DNA from: the human T2T-CHM13v2.0 reference genome, Homo sapiens
Assembly (NCBI RefSeq): GCF_009914755.1
Contig: NC_060940.1
Length of the DNA: 64,000 nt
Strand: one strand, 5' to 3'
Part shown: positions 51,220 to 64,000 of the stretch, piece by piece
How positions within the stretch are numbered: the first letter of the stretch is position 1
How the letters are laid out: every line of letters starts with the position of its first letter
Made by a program: the position numbers and the translations under genes
The notes under the pieces: model-generated
The model's database searches: none
Told to the model about the DNA's origin: nothing
What the model saw: only the letters and a program-made list of their open reading frames with translations

Positions 51220-51517
51220 TAATATGAGGAGTTACTGGTGGAAGCCAGGCCAGAGATGGAGATGTCTTGCTAAACCTCCAGGAACTCAGGACAGACCCTC
51301 TTTCTGCAAGGGTGGTGAAGTGGGAGGGAATCGGGAAAGGAGATGAAGATGGGAGAAGCTTCCAGAGGTCCACAGTGGAACAGAAGAAGAAAGAACAAAC
51401 TCGGAGGCAGAACCTCCTACTCAGTGGCACTGTCACCAAGATGGCAGGTGAAAAACTCAAGACTCTAACTTCCATGGAAAAGTCACAAAAGTAACAGAGT
51501 CCACTGTCCTGCAACCC

Positions 51518-53028
51518 ATTCTTTGTGATGTGGCAACAGGCACCCAGGGGCTGTCCCTCTTGATTTCGCCTTGCTGGCTTATGCAACAGAATAAAACCTA
51601 ATATCCTAGGATCAATGAAAAAACGACAGGGCAGGCTGAGGGTGGGGTAGAAAAGCACATTCTTGAGCAAAGCAGGAAGCTCCACCTGAAGCGGAGTCTG
51701 ACAAAGGAGAAGAGAAATGAAGACTCATGAGGCGCCAGGACCCACTGCTTCATCCTTTCTGGCAGGCTTGCTATTCCCGGACTACAGAGGTGAAAAGTGA
51801 GGCTCAAAAGCTGGTAAGACCTGCCTGGAGATGCTAAGAGGCAATGTTTGTATTTGAACACACGGAGCCTCTTTCTACCTGCCTGCTCTTATCAGTTTCT
51901 TCGCCTCTATGCTACCTGCAAAATGAGAGCAATTTTAAAGGTGAAATCTTACAATACTTCCTGTAACTGGGACGTCTATTAAGAAGTCCACCAATTTCAT
52001 GTCCTATGTTACCATCAAGGCAGGTCATAAATTACATGATTTGGGCATTCGCTCTCTCATAGCAAAGAACTGCGCAAAATACAGAGGCTGCAGCCCAAAT
52101 GAGATGCACCCTGCTGAAAAGAACTCACAATGCCCTTCATGGGGGAGGGAGCCTGGCGCTTTATTAAGAGTCTACTGTGGCTTCGTGAATATAAAGGGAA
52201 GAGGAACACAGCAAGCAGGGCCATCGTGGCAGATGGCGACAACAATCACCAGATGAGCCAATGGGAAGGGAATCCTGTCGTTGCTGTGAAGAGCCCTGAC
52301 AAAATACGGGCTTTCCAGGACATGTTACCATGAGCAGAGGCTGTGAAGCCAACACCCAGGACAACTCAAGGAGAGAAGGAAAGACTGGGCCAGGGGATGG
52401 GCAGCTTTGACAGATGTCAGAAGGGTTTGCAGTGGGTGGACCTGGCCTCAGGACCCCCATCTTAAAGCAGAACCGGCTCCTTAAGTCCTCTCTTTCATCT
52501 ATTCATTCACTCACTCATTCATTTCTTAAGCACCTGCTAAGTGCCCAGCATTGTTAGGTGTTGGTGATACAGCTGTGAACAAAAATGGAGACCATCCCTC
52601 CCCTGTGGAGCTTCTGATCGAGTGAAAGAGGCAGAGATTACCCGAATAATCAGTGTGACCACTACAAACCGAGGTCAGTGCTGTCAACCAAGAAACACCA
52701 TTCCATGTGTGCAAATAAAAACGGAAACTGAGCTATGCTGGCAGTCAGCAAAGGTTTCCATGGGGGAATTGCTGCTTGAGCCAGACCTGCAGGATGAGCA
52801 GAGGTTACTACTCACGTGAGGGCTCACAGCGGGAGGCATTCAGACAGAGGGAGTCACACATGCAGAACACAGACAGATGGGGTGGGCTTCCATCTATCTG
52901 GTTCTTAAGACAAGCCTGACTACCCGAGGAATTCCCTGGAGCTCAGCCTCCCGTGCAGGCTGCTCTAGAATTGGCTGGACTGCTGTATTCTTTGTGATGT
53001 GTCAACAGGCACCCAGAGGCTGTCCCTC
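51518..53028 (+). repeat. Dispersed 42-bp direct repeat (51518-51559 and 52987-53028)
   Basis: attctttgtgatgtg(g/t)caacaggcacccag(g/a)ggctgtccctc; 40/42 identical. Confidence 0.92.
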
Positions 53029-54304
53029 AGCTCTATGCCCTTGTACATGCTGTCATCACCTCCTGACATCCCTGCCTTTTTCCTCAGTCATTTCGGCTCA
53101 TTTTATCAGATTCCACTTATGCATCACCTCCTCCAAGAAGCCCTCAGTAATTCCTTCCCCTAAGCTGGCTTCGGTGCCCTTACCTATGGCCCCACAATAT
53201 CTTCTGCATGTCTCCATCACAGCATGAGGTATTGCAGTTATTTGTCTAAACAGTTCCTGGTATATGGCAGTCATTTTATGAGTACTGGTTAGCATACATA
53301 GGAAAGGATTCATATATGTGTACTGTATGTAAAGTGATTTTAAAAACAAGTGGGGAAATATAAAGACCCAGTTGGAAAAAGGGGGAAAAAATTGAAATAA
53401 CGGCTAATATTTATCAAATGTCTACCACAAGCCAGCGAATATGTTAAGGGCTTCCTATAAACGAATTCATTTATTCTTTACCCCCAACCCGTGAGGTATG
53501 AATATCTGCATCTTATAAATTAAGAATCTGGCCCACAGAGGCTGGGTCATTTGTTCCAGGCAACATGGCTGAATGCCCCTGACTCGCCACCACTGTTTCC
53601 ACAGCAGGATGGCACCCGGGCAATGCCCAGGGAGAGACACAAGTGGAAGGAACATGAGAAGATGCTCACCCACATTTAGAAACTAAAATTAAAACAACAG
53701 GGCCTGGAAAAGCATTACAAAGACTGGCCCTAGCCAGGTTTGGCAGGAGCAGGTCCCTTTGTAGGCAGCCCAGATGGCCATCACAGAGGAACAGTTAAGT
53801 CCCTGCACACCGTAAATCCCAAGCAGCCAAAAACAGGGAGGCCGTTCCACACGTCCTGACTCAGAAAGAGTTCCAAGACAGGCTTTAAGTCAAAAAAGAA
53901 ATTGCAGGACAAGGTGTTCTCACCACCTTCAATCTTTACTCGGATGTCAACTTGGTGAGGCCTTGGCTAACAGATAAATAATGGATAAATGAATAGACAG
54001 ACAGATGACAGACAGATATATACATATCTATACCTACATACATGGAGAGAGAAAGAAATGGGATAATTCCTGTTCATCACTCAACAAACAAATATTTAAG
54101 TAAATATGTAATATAATCACATATATAATATATGGTATGTAATAAAGTACATAGATTTAATATATATAAATACATATACATATATATAAACTTAGAGAAT
54201 AGTCCCAAAAGATCCATAAGGAAACATTAACAGAAGTCACCTCTAAATAGGATTTGGGAAGGGAGAATATGGAGACTTTAATTTCTAAAATGCTTATATT
54301 TTCC

Positions 54305-54592
54305 CCAGCATTTCGGGAGGCCAAAGCAGGAAATTCACTTGAGGTCAGGAGTTTGAGACCAGCCTGGCCAACATGGCAAAACCCTGTCTCTACTAAAAAT
54401 ACAAAAATTAGCCAGGCACGGGGGTGGGCACCTGTAATCTCAGCTACTCAGGAGGCTGAGGCAGGACAACCACTTGAACCCATGAAGCAGAGGCTGCAGT
54501 GAGCCGAGATCACCCCACTGCACTCCAACCTGGGCGACAGAGTCAGACACCATCTCAAATAATAATAATAATTTAAAAATAAAATTAAAATT
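54305..54592 (+). mobile_element. 5'-truncated AluS
   Basis: Starts at ccagca...; 17-bp TSD aaatgcttatattttcc. Confidence 0.92.
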
Positions 54593-55844
54593 AAATGCTT
54601 ATATTTTCCATACTGTTTGAATTTTTTACAACTCACCTATTTGTAACTTTAGAAAACAAAAAGAGAAGAGAGGAGAAGAGAGGAGAGGAAAAAGTAAAGA
54701 AAAAAAGAAGAACATTTTAGGGACCTAGATATACCACACTGACAAATTTGTCTCCTCTTTCTTGAAACCACTCTAAAATGGCAGTAAAAGATTTTTTTTT
54801 AAGTATTAACACAAGCAAAAGTAAAGGAGAAGAGTCAATAGTGGGTGCCACATTTCTGCACACTGGAAGGTAATGGGAAGACGACAGGCCAAGGTGACCG
54901 GCCTGGCCGAGCAGAGGAAGCATCCAGCAAAGTGCCAAGAAGGGGAAGCAGATACGACGATATATTGACCCCCAAGGCCCCACAGCCCAGGACTCAGAGG
55001 CCCCACGGACCATGGAAAGTGGCTCTGCCCTCACTGTAAGACTCAGGACAATGGTCCTCAGAACCAAGTCGGAAGTGGCCCTTTAGATGTCCCCCCTCCA
55101 CCTCACTGCCGTCTTGTGGGGACAAGGAGCCGCGTCAAGCAGATGGTGGGAGATGGTGGCACAGATCTGGGGCAGCAGGGAACAGACAGGTGTAAGCGTG
55201 GAGCCATGAAAGCCAATCAGAGGTCAGTACCTGGATCTCCCTCAGCCGGGGGATGCCAGAATTGGGAGCTAGGACATCGAGAGAGGCCAAGCAGGAGGGT
55301 CGGTGGGCAAGACAGCTAACTCTTATCCTCTGGCTGGCTTTGTGGCCTCAGGCAGGTGCCCCCACTGAAAGCAGAGCCTGTGTTCTCCCTCCCTGCATGG
55401 TCGCTGCAAAAGCTCCCTGAGCACCTGTCGGAACTTGGACAAGGAGCCTCCAAAAATGAGCTGAGTATTTCTGCACACATGGGCTGTGGTGACACATGGC
55501 TCAGCCATGAGGAGAGTGAGTGCACACCATGAGGGTCTTGACTGCAGAGCGGCCACGACCCTGCCCAGCCAGACACATGCTCTGAGGAGCTGACTCGGTC
55601 CTGTGAGGCCACCTAATCTCACCCGTCTCCATGCAGGAATCCCTCTGCCTAAGTCTGCCTAAGTCCACCCAAACAACCCAAGACATGGGGCACAACAACC
55701 TCATCAAGTAGCTCATGCCACTGGTGGGCAGATTTATTAAACTGGTGTATTCAGAAATATGCTTTAAGTCCTCTCATTTCCTGTCTTCTTTTCCCTCAAC
55801 AAAAGCACATGACAAACCCTCACATGAAACAAATAAAACAGGAG

Positions 55845-56218
55845 TGATATGGTTTGCCTGTGTCCCCACCCAAATCTCATCTTGAATTGTAGTTTTTATA
55901 ATCCCCACGTGTGGTGGGAGGGACCCAGTGGGAGTTGACTGGATCACGGGGGGCGGTTACCCTCATGCTGTTCTTGTGATACTGAAGTGAGTTCTCATGA
56001 GATCTGATGGTTTTATAAGGGGCTTTCCCCCGGTTGCTCAGCACTTCTCCTTGCTGCCACCACATGAAGGATGTGTTTGCTTCCCCTTCCGCCATGATTG
56101 TAAGTTTCCTGAGGCCTCCACAGCCCTGGGGAACCGTGAGTCAATTAAACCTCTTTCCTTTATAAACTACCCAGTCTCGGGTGTGTCTTCATTAGCAACT
56201 TGAGAATGGACTAATACA
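55845..56218 (+). mobile_element. THE1D-like solo LTR (antisense to CDYL2)
   Basis: tgatatggtttg...ggactaataca; TATA-like tttataagg; TSD aggag / agcag. Confidence 0.9.
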
Positions 56219-56479
56219 AGCAGCTACTGTGGCTGACATGGAGAAGGGAGCGCTGGAGTCCACCCATCTGGCTTCTCACCAGGAGGCCCTCAGAGAACCC
56301 CGGGGCTCCGTGGACGGCAACGTCTTAATGACACGAGGTGCGCAAACCTATTTCCAGGCTCATTTTGCCCCAGGGTCTCGATTTTCTTTCTGGGACAGGA
56401 TGAAAGAAAGAGAAGCCATGTTGCAACATAAAAAGTGTGAATCGAGGCCTCGAGGCTGGCGCTCCCAGGAACACCACAC

Positions 56480-56573
56480 CACAGTCGGGTTGCACACGAG
56501 GAAGATAAAAGGGGCTCTATACACAGCATAGTCAGGTTGCGCACGAGGAAGATAAAAGGGGCTCTATACACAG
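56480..56573 (+). repeat. 47-bp tandem duplication (2 copies)
   Basis: ca(c/t)agtc(g/a)ggttgc(a/g)cacgaggaagataaaaggggctctatacacag twice. Confidence 0.95.
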
Positions 56574-57618
56574 GGGCTTGCCTCACCAGCTGTTCTTCCA
56601 CCACCTGGAATAACATGAATATCTAAAGAAGGCTGCCTCAGGATTTTGTCTCCTGGGTTCTCCTCTTCTAACCAGTCTAGGGTTGTGACTTTCCTCTATG
56701 GCATCCCTGACCCCAGTGGAGGCTTCTCTCTCCTGCCGCAGCCCCTACCAAATCTCTTTTCTTTGATGTTTCTCTGGAGTCACCCACACCCTGGGCTCCT
56801 TATTAATAGCTCTCCAGGGAGCAGACAGGTGGGTATAGGTAGTAGAGGTGTCTGGGGCAGCCCTTAATGGAGAATGTCTATCAGCCGAGCTGCCCAGTGG
56901 GTTTAAAGAGGGTGGTACAGAGTTACGGACAAGCCAGAGGAAGGCCAGAGTGGCTGACATAGGGGCCAGAACCAGATTTTGGTATTTCTGCCAGTTCATC
57001 AAAAATTTAGGACCAGTCCTTCCATGGATGACCTGCATTAGAGTGGCTGCCACAAGTACAACAGGGGGTTCCCTGCCACCCAGGCCCCTCCTGCACCTGG
57101 CCCCAGCCTGTCTTTCAGCTGTCGCCCAAGTCTTTCCCTAAGCACACCAGCCCCTGCCCCAAACGCATCTTCTCACCAACCAGCAAACATGCTCTGGGCT
57201 CTCCTCCTTTGCCATACCATACCTCTTCCCTGTGTATCTGAATTCTCCCCAATCTCAAAAGACAGGAGTGAACCAGCCACAAAGAGGAAGTTACAAAGAG
57301 TACTTGAGCATGCAGAGAAAAAGCTCAGCTTCAGTGGAGACTAAAGAAATGCAAATAAACGATACCGAGGCTCCTCTTGTTCCCCTTAAACACACACGTC
57401 TGGCAAGGCAATGACAAAACTAGAAAATTATGCCTCACTGGTTATTATTCTTTTTTGGATGGAGTTAGAAGGATATGGTAAAATTAGCAGTATAATCCTG
57501 CCTCTGGGAATCTAGTCTAGAAAAATAGTCCAGAAAAAAATGAAAGAAAACCAAAGATGTTTAGACCTAACCTAAATGTCCAACAACAAGAGACTGGCTA
57601 CATAAATCAAATATTGCA

Positions 57619-57838
57619 CAGGTTGGGTATACCTTATCCAAAATGTGTGGGATCACAAGTGTTTTGGATTTCTGATTTTTTCTGATTTTGGAATATTTGT
57701 ATTATACTTACCAGTTAAGCACCCCTAATCTGATAATTGAATGCTCCAATGAGCATTTCCTTTAAGCATCATTTTGATGCTCAGAAAGTTCTGGATTTTG
57801 GAGCATTTCAGATTTTGGACTTGGGGACATTCAACCTG
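57619..57838. mobile_element. Tigger4/MER46-type MITE
   Basis: TIRs caggttg ... caacctg; internal ttggattt repeats; atgctccaatgagcatttcc. Confidence 0.8.
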
Positions 57839-57974
57839 TATATCCTTCTGAAAACATATAAATGGCACTACTAAAATTCCAATATGAAGAGTTGCCCAAT
57901 ATGGAAATAGACGGAAACAGACATACGCTATATTGAGCAGAAAAATCAAAATACAAGTGTTTTCATACAAAATG

Positions 57975-57976
<2 letters not shown>

Positions 57977-58025
<49 letters not shown>
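57977..58025 (+). repeat. Compound (AC)16(AG)8 microsatellite
   Basis: Seen directly. Confidence 0.95.
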
Positions 58026-58124
58026 TGAGTAGAACAGGCTTTCCCTTTGTGTGTGATTAAGATCTAATGATACAGTCAGATATCACAGGATAAGGTGATG
58101 TAAGAAAGCCATTTTAAAATGCCC

Positions 58125-58302
58125 AGGAAAAGAAAGAAAGGAAAGAAAGAAGGAAAGGAAAGAAGGAAAGAAGCAAAGCAAAGGAAAAGGAAAAGGAAAG
58201 GAAAGGAAAGGAAAGGAAAGGAAAGGAAAGGAAAGGAAAGGAAAGGAAAGGAAAGGAAAGGAAAGGAAAGGAAAAGAAAGGAAAGGAAAGGAAGAAAGAG
58301 GA
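58125..58302 (+). repeat. Polypurine tract with (GGAAA)n pentanucleotide core
   Basis: About 16 perfect GGAAA units at ~58195-58274 inside an almost pure A/G tract. Confidence 0.95.
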
Positions 58303-58572
58303 CCACAATTCTGGCTCTACCTTGTTACCATCTGGAGGCTGCAGGCCAGCTGCCTAACTAACTTTGTAAAGCCTCCATTTCTTTATGTGCAAACCAGGGA
58401 TAAAAAGACAACCTACTTCATAGAATTGTCAGGATTAACAGAGCTGCTAAATGTAACATCCTTAGCCCACCAACACCTGACTCATAGCAAGGGCTTAATA
58501 AATATCTGTTGTTGGTGCAATTGCTGTTATTGTCATTATTAACAGCAGCTCATTGGGCACTAGGAAGGCTCA

Positions 58573-59049
<477 letters not shown>

Positions 59050-59061
59050 TTATATCAAAGT

Positions 59062-59133
59062 CCACACCAAGTAGATTATTTCATTTAAACAAAATAATTA
59101 TTTCGCTTAAATGAAATAATCTACTTGATGTGG
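59062..59133. repeat. 72-bp spacer-less palindrome (36-bp arms, 33/36 paired)
   Basis: ccacaccaagtagattatttcatttaaacaaaataa|ttatttcgcttaaatgaaataatctacttgatgtgg. Confidence 0.95.
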
Positions 59134-59345
59134 CTTTTGCTATTTCTTCTAGCATTGAAATAAGCTTTGACAATTAAGGTAGTTTCCTTCACAATGCACA
59201 GATGTGCAAGTGCACTTAAATGAAATAATTTTAATAATCTAGACGACAAAATTAACATTTCCTTGTTACCAGCAGGTTTCTTGCCCATTCAAGAATACAA
59301 ACCCATATGCATACCCTTTCTTCCCCTCAAACTCTCCTAAATGCC

Positions 59346-59798
59346 TGTGGTGGGATGAATAGCAAATCCTTAAAGATCTCATATCCTAATCCCTGGGACC
59401 TATGAATGTGGTACCTGACATGGCAAAAAGGACTTTGTGAATGGGATTAAGTTAAGGATTTGGAGATGGGAGATTATCCTGTATTATCTTGGTTGGTTCA
59501 GTGTAATCACATAAGTCCTTGTAAGAGGGAGGCAGGGGGCTTGGAGTCAAGAGAAGGAGATGTGAGGATGGATGCAAAGGTTATAGAGATGAGGGACCAC
59601 GAGCCGAGGAGAACGTGCAGCCTCTGGAAGCTGGAAAAGGCAAGGAAATGGATTCTCCCACAGGGCCTCCAGAAGGAGCACAGCCCTGCCAATGCATTTT
59701 AGATTTCTGACTCCAGAACTATAAGGGAAGAAGGTGGTGTTGCTTTAAGCCACCAAGTTGGGAGGAATTTGTTACAGCAGCCATAGGGAACTAATACA
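59346..59798 (+). mobile_element. MLT1D-like solo LTR
   Basis: tgtggtgggatgaat ... ttgttacagcagccatagggaactaataca. Confidence 0.85.
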
Positions 59799-60084
59799 GC
59801 GTCCCTTGGTTCACTAAGAGTACCTCGATTTCCCACATGGGAGCCTGGGTTCACGAGTGGGCACTGTGGTTCCATTCCAGCTCCACCTTCTGTGACACTT
59901 GGACTAACTCAAGCAATGCACGTGTCTTCTTTAAGCATTAATTTTCCAGTGTAGAAATGGGGGCTGTCGAGGAAATTCAATGCACAGCTTCTTGGAGAGC
60001 ATTTAGAAGGCTCCCTTGCACATGGCAAGCAGTAGGGAAACGGTAGCTGTTATTTTTCATCCTACTTGCTAGCTTCTTTTTCTT

Positions 60085-60500
60085 CTCCTTTTTTTTAAAA
60101 CAAAAACAGCTTTACTGAGATTTATTTTACATACTATAAAATTCACCCATATAAAGTGCACAATTCAGTGATTTTTAGTGTGACTTGCAGAGTTGTGCAA
60201 CTGTCCCCATAATCTAATTCCAGAACATTTTCATTGCTCAAAATGAAATGCCGTACCCATTAGCAGTCATTCCCCACTCCCTCCTCCCCTTAGCCCCTGG
60301 CAACGGCTAATCTACTTTCTGTCTCTACAGATTCACCTATTCTGGACATTTGACATAAGTGGAATCATATCATATGTGGTTTTGAGGTTCATCCACGTTG
60401 CCGCATATGTCCACTATTCATTGCTCTTTATGACTGAATAACATCCGTCGTCTGGGAAGACGACATTTTGTTTATCCATTCATCAGTTGGTGAAGATCTT
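60085..60500 (-). mobile_element. L1MB-type 3' end
   Basis: cagctttactgagat...aattcacccat...ctaatctactttctgtctctacagattcacctattctggacattt. Confidence 0.8.
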
Positions 60501-61248
60501 TGTCCTTTTTTTGCCATTTCTTCTAGCATTGAAATAAACTTTGACAATTGAGGGAGTCCCCTTTACAATGCATAGATGTGCAGGTGTGTGTGTATATATG
60601 ATGTGTGCATGAGTGTGTGATGTGTACATCTGTGATGTGAATATGTGCATGTGTATGTACATGCATACATGTGTGTGTGTTTTAATCTAAGGCCCTAAGG
60701 AAAATCACCAGGACCAGAGGTTCCACCTCCCTGGAATGCCAAGTCAGCATCTCTGATACTACTGAAGATGCCTCAAAGGCAGGCCCAGGGGTGTTGGCCA
60801 GAACAATGCCCTTGGCATCTGGGAAAGGTCTGTTGGCTTCAACCTGAATCCCTGAAGTACCTTTCTTCATTTACAAAACTGGTCACAGACCCCCAACAGC
60901 TTCAGCATCCCCAGACCCGGCACCACACCCTAATTCCTTCTCTCAGTGCTGTGTCTTACCCTTGCTGAGCCTCAGCTTCCCCATCTATAAACAAGGTTGA
61001 TCCCAGGTAACCTTGTTATGTTGCTATGTTGTTAAACTGCTCCATCAGAGAACCACTGAGGAAATTAAATCACATTTAGTAGATCAAATACAAAGAGCTA
61101 GGCGTTACCTGCAGTAAGACCTCAAGAAATGTTAGCTACTATTGCTACCATCACCACCACCACCACCGCTGCCACCATTATCATCATCATTCATGAAGAC
61201 TGGCTGCTTTGTGTGAGGAGTCAGGGTGGAGGAAGGCCCTGGGATCCA

Positions 61249-61444
61249 CCTCAATGGGGAGAGTGGCTTTTCACCGACATTAGGAGGTGAAGTTTTATTA
61301 TTGTTTTGGAACCCTCAACAGGGAGAGCGGCTTTTCACCGACATTAGGAGGTGAAGTTTTATTATTGTTTTGGAACCCTCAATAAGGAGAGCGGCTTTTC
61401 ACCGACATTAGGAGGTGAAGTTTTATTATTGTTTTGGAGCCCTC
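61249..61444 (+). repeat. 64-bp minisatellite, ~3 copies
   Basis: Unit cctcaa...ggagag(c/t)ggcttttcaccgacattaggaggtgaagttttattattgttttggaac at exact period 64. Confidence 0.96.
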
Positions 61445-62413
61445 TACAGACACTGTACCCGCTTACTGCTTGCTCCTGGGGAGGATCGCTTCCACTCCCC
61501 CACTATACCCTTTTTGGAAGTCCCCTGATGGATAGCCATGAGCAAACAGTGCCTAAGACTTTCCTAAGGACATTGAGGGAGGAAAACGACAGCTGAGCAG
61601 GTAGGAAAAGCAATTAGTTGGTTTCTAAACCTTGACAGTGGTCAAGACTCCATCATCCTCTTCTGGGCACCAAAATCAAATCCAGAATTCAGGAGCCAAG
61701 CGGGGAGAATCGATTCTCCCCTTGGATCTGCCATAGGTCAAGTTGCTCCTGGTTAAAGAGTCGGATTTCCCATCACAGCCTGGCACTTTCCATGTGCATA
61801 GGGCGGTGGCCAAGTTGGACAGGGTCTTAACACCACCACATCAAAGGGTTTTAAGTTAGTTCATTAGCACACCTTCCTTACTTGCCACCCTGTGAAAGAC
61901 AAAAGATTAAAAAACCCTCAAGTTTTTGTTGTTACTGACTTGGAAAAATCATCTGCTTTTAAAAATTGAAAAGGTTAGTGAAAGTGTGTTGGCCTGGGGG
62001 TGGGTACTTGAAGTGGGTCAGGAAGAACAGCTGGGCTCAGGGAAGTGGATACATGGATACCTGTGCTGACAAGAGGCTGCCCCGGGAACACCCTTCCTGA
62101 CCTCTCAGTGGTTCACCAGATAGTGTGGGGCCACTGCCGATGACAGTCAGAGCCTTCCTGAACCAGTTTCCCTGGGCCTCTTCTGGGACAAGCTCCTCAC
62201 CCAGAGAAGCAGTGGTGATTCTAAAGGCAATGAACTGGGGTCAAGTTCAGGGCAAGGAATGAGATGTTTCTGAAACAGTCGTAGTTTTGAGGAAGTATCA
62301 AGGGAACTATAATAAGCCCAGAAGGTTATTCAGGACTTTCACTACTGCATTCTGAAGTGAGATTGACTTGTAATTTGCATTTCTCCTCCTCTCTTTGTCT
62401 GGTTTGGAAATCC

Positions 62414-62428
62414 AGGTCATACTGACCT
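62414..62428. promoter_or_regulatory. Perfect consensus estrogen response element (IR3) AGGTCA-tac-TGACCT
   Basis: Exact 15-bp palindromic ERE in apparently non-repeat intronic DNA. The motif is certain; function is untested. Confidence 0.6.
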
Positions 62429-62608
62429 CGTCACAGGAGTTGGGAGTATTTTCCCATTTTCCTGTTCTCCATAATCATTTGGATAAGGGAGGGGTTATCT
62501 GCTCTAGAATGTGTGGTCAGATGATCTATTCTAGAACGTTTAGATTTGCCTGCAAAACCCTCTGGGCCTTGTGTTCCTCCTTTCTTACTTCTTCTGAGGA
62601 CTTTTTAA

Positions 62609-62931
<323 letters not shown>

Positions 62932-63078
62932 CAATTTCTTTAATAGTTATTTCTCTCTTCAGGCTTTCTAGCCCTCCTTTAGGCTGTTTTGTTGAGTTGT
63001 ATTTCTCTATGGAAGTGATGATGTTATCTAGGTTTTCAGATTGAGTGGCATGGAGTTAGTCACAGCGTTTCAGGCTCA

Positions 63079-64000
<922 letters not shown>

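Larger units (their letters stand above)
59135..60586 (+). repeat. Dispersed 78-bp direct repeat (59135-59212 and 60509-60586)
   Basis: ttttgc.atttcttctagcattgaaataa.ctttgacaatt...caatgca.agatgtgca.gtg; about 69/78 identical. Confidence 0.92.

Noticed and set aside
58076-58361. Lys/Arg/Gly-rich and Phe/Pro/Leu-rich ORFs
   Set aside because: Translations of the (GGAAA)n repeat.
61249-61444. CRISPR-like array
   Set aside because: The units are contiguous with no unique spacers and the context is eukaryotic; it is a minisatellite.

Overview
Human (or very closely related great-ape) genomic DNA lying entirely inside CDYL2 (chromodomain Y-like 2), which runs on the minus strand. Only two coding exons fall in the window: 18918-18701 (218 nt; linker, predicted bipartite NLS and start of the crotonase fold) and 6617-6445 (173 nt; crotonase FCSGLD motif). 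They join in frame through canonical AG/GT sites and are probably exons 3 and 4. The rest is intron, mostly transposon-derived: Alu, MIR, L2, L3, MaLR LTRs, DNA-transposon MITEs, and a ~19.5 kb nested block (L1MC > near-full-length L1MA > THE1 provirus > L1PA). Apart from the two that overlap these exons, the listed ORFs are repeat-derived or chance ORFs. I find no new protein-coding system. The strongest unexplained signals are: (i) a perfect 15-bp estrogen response element in unique sequence at 62414-62428; (ii) several local non-tandem templated duplications, including a 436-bp intra-L1 copy with a snap-back hairpin at its junction and a patchwork at 59.06-59.24 kb; (iii) a 72-bp palindrome whose three mismatches all become G-U pairs in the CDYL2 pre-mRNA; (iv) a sense-oriented THE1 LTR with an intact splice donor upstream of exon 3; (v) MADE1 and MER53 hairpins. 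Repeat subfamily names and the boundaries of old repeats were assigned by eye and are approximate.
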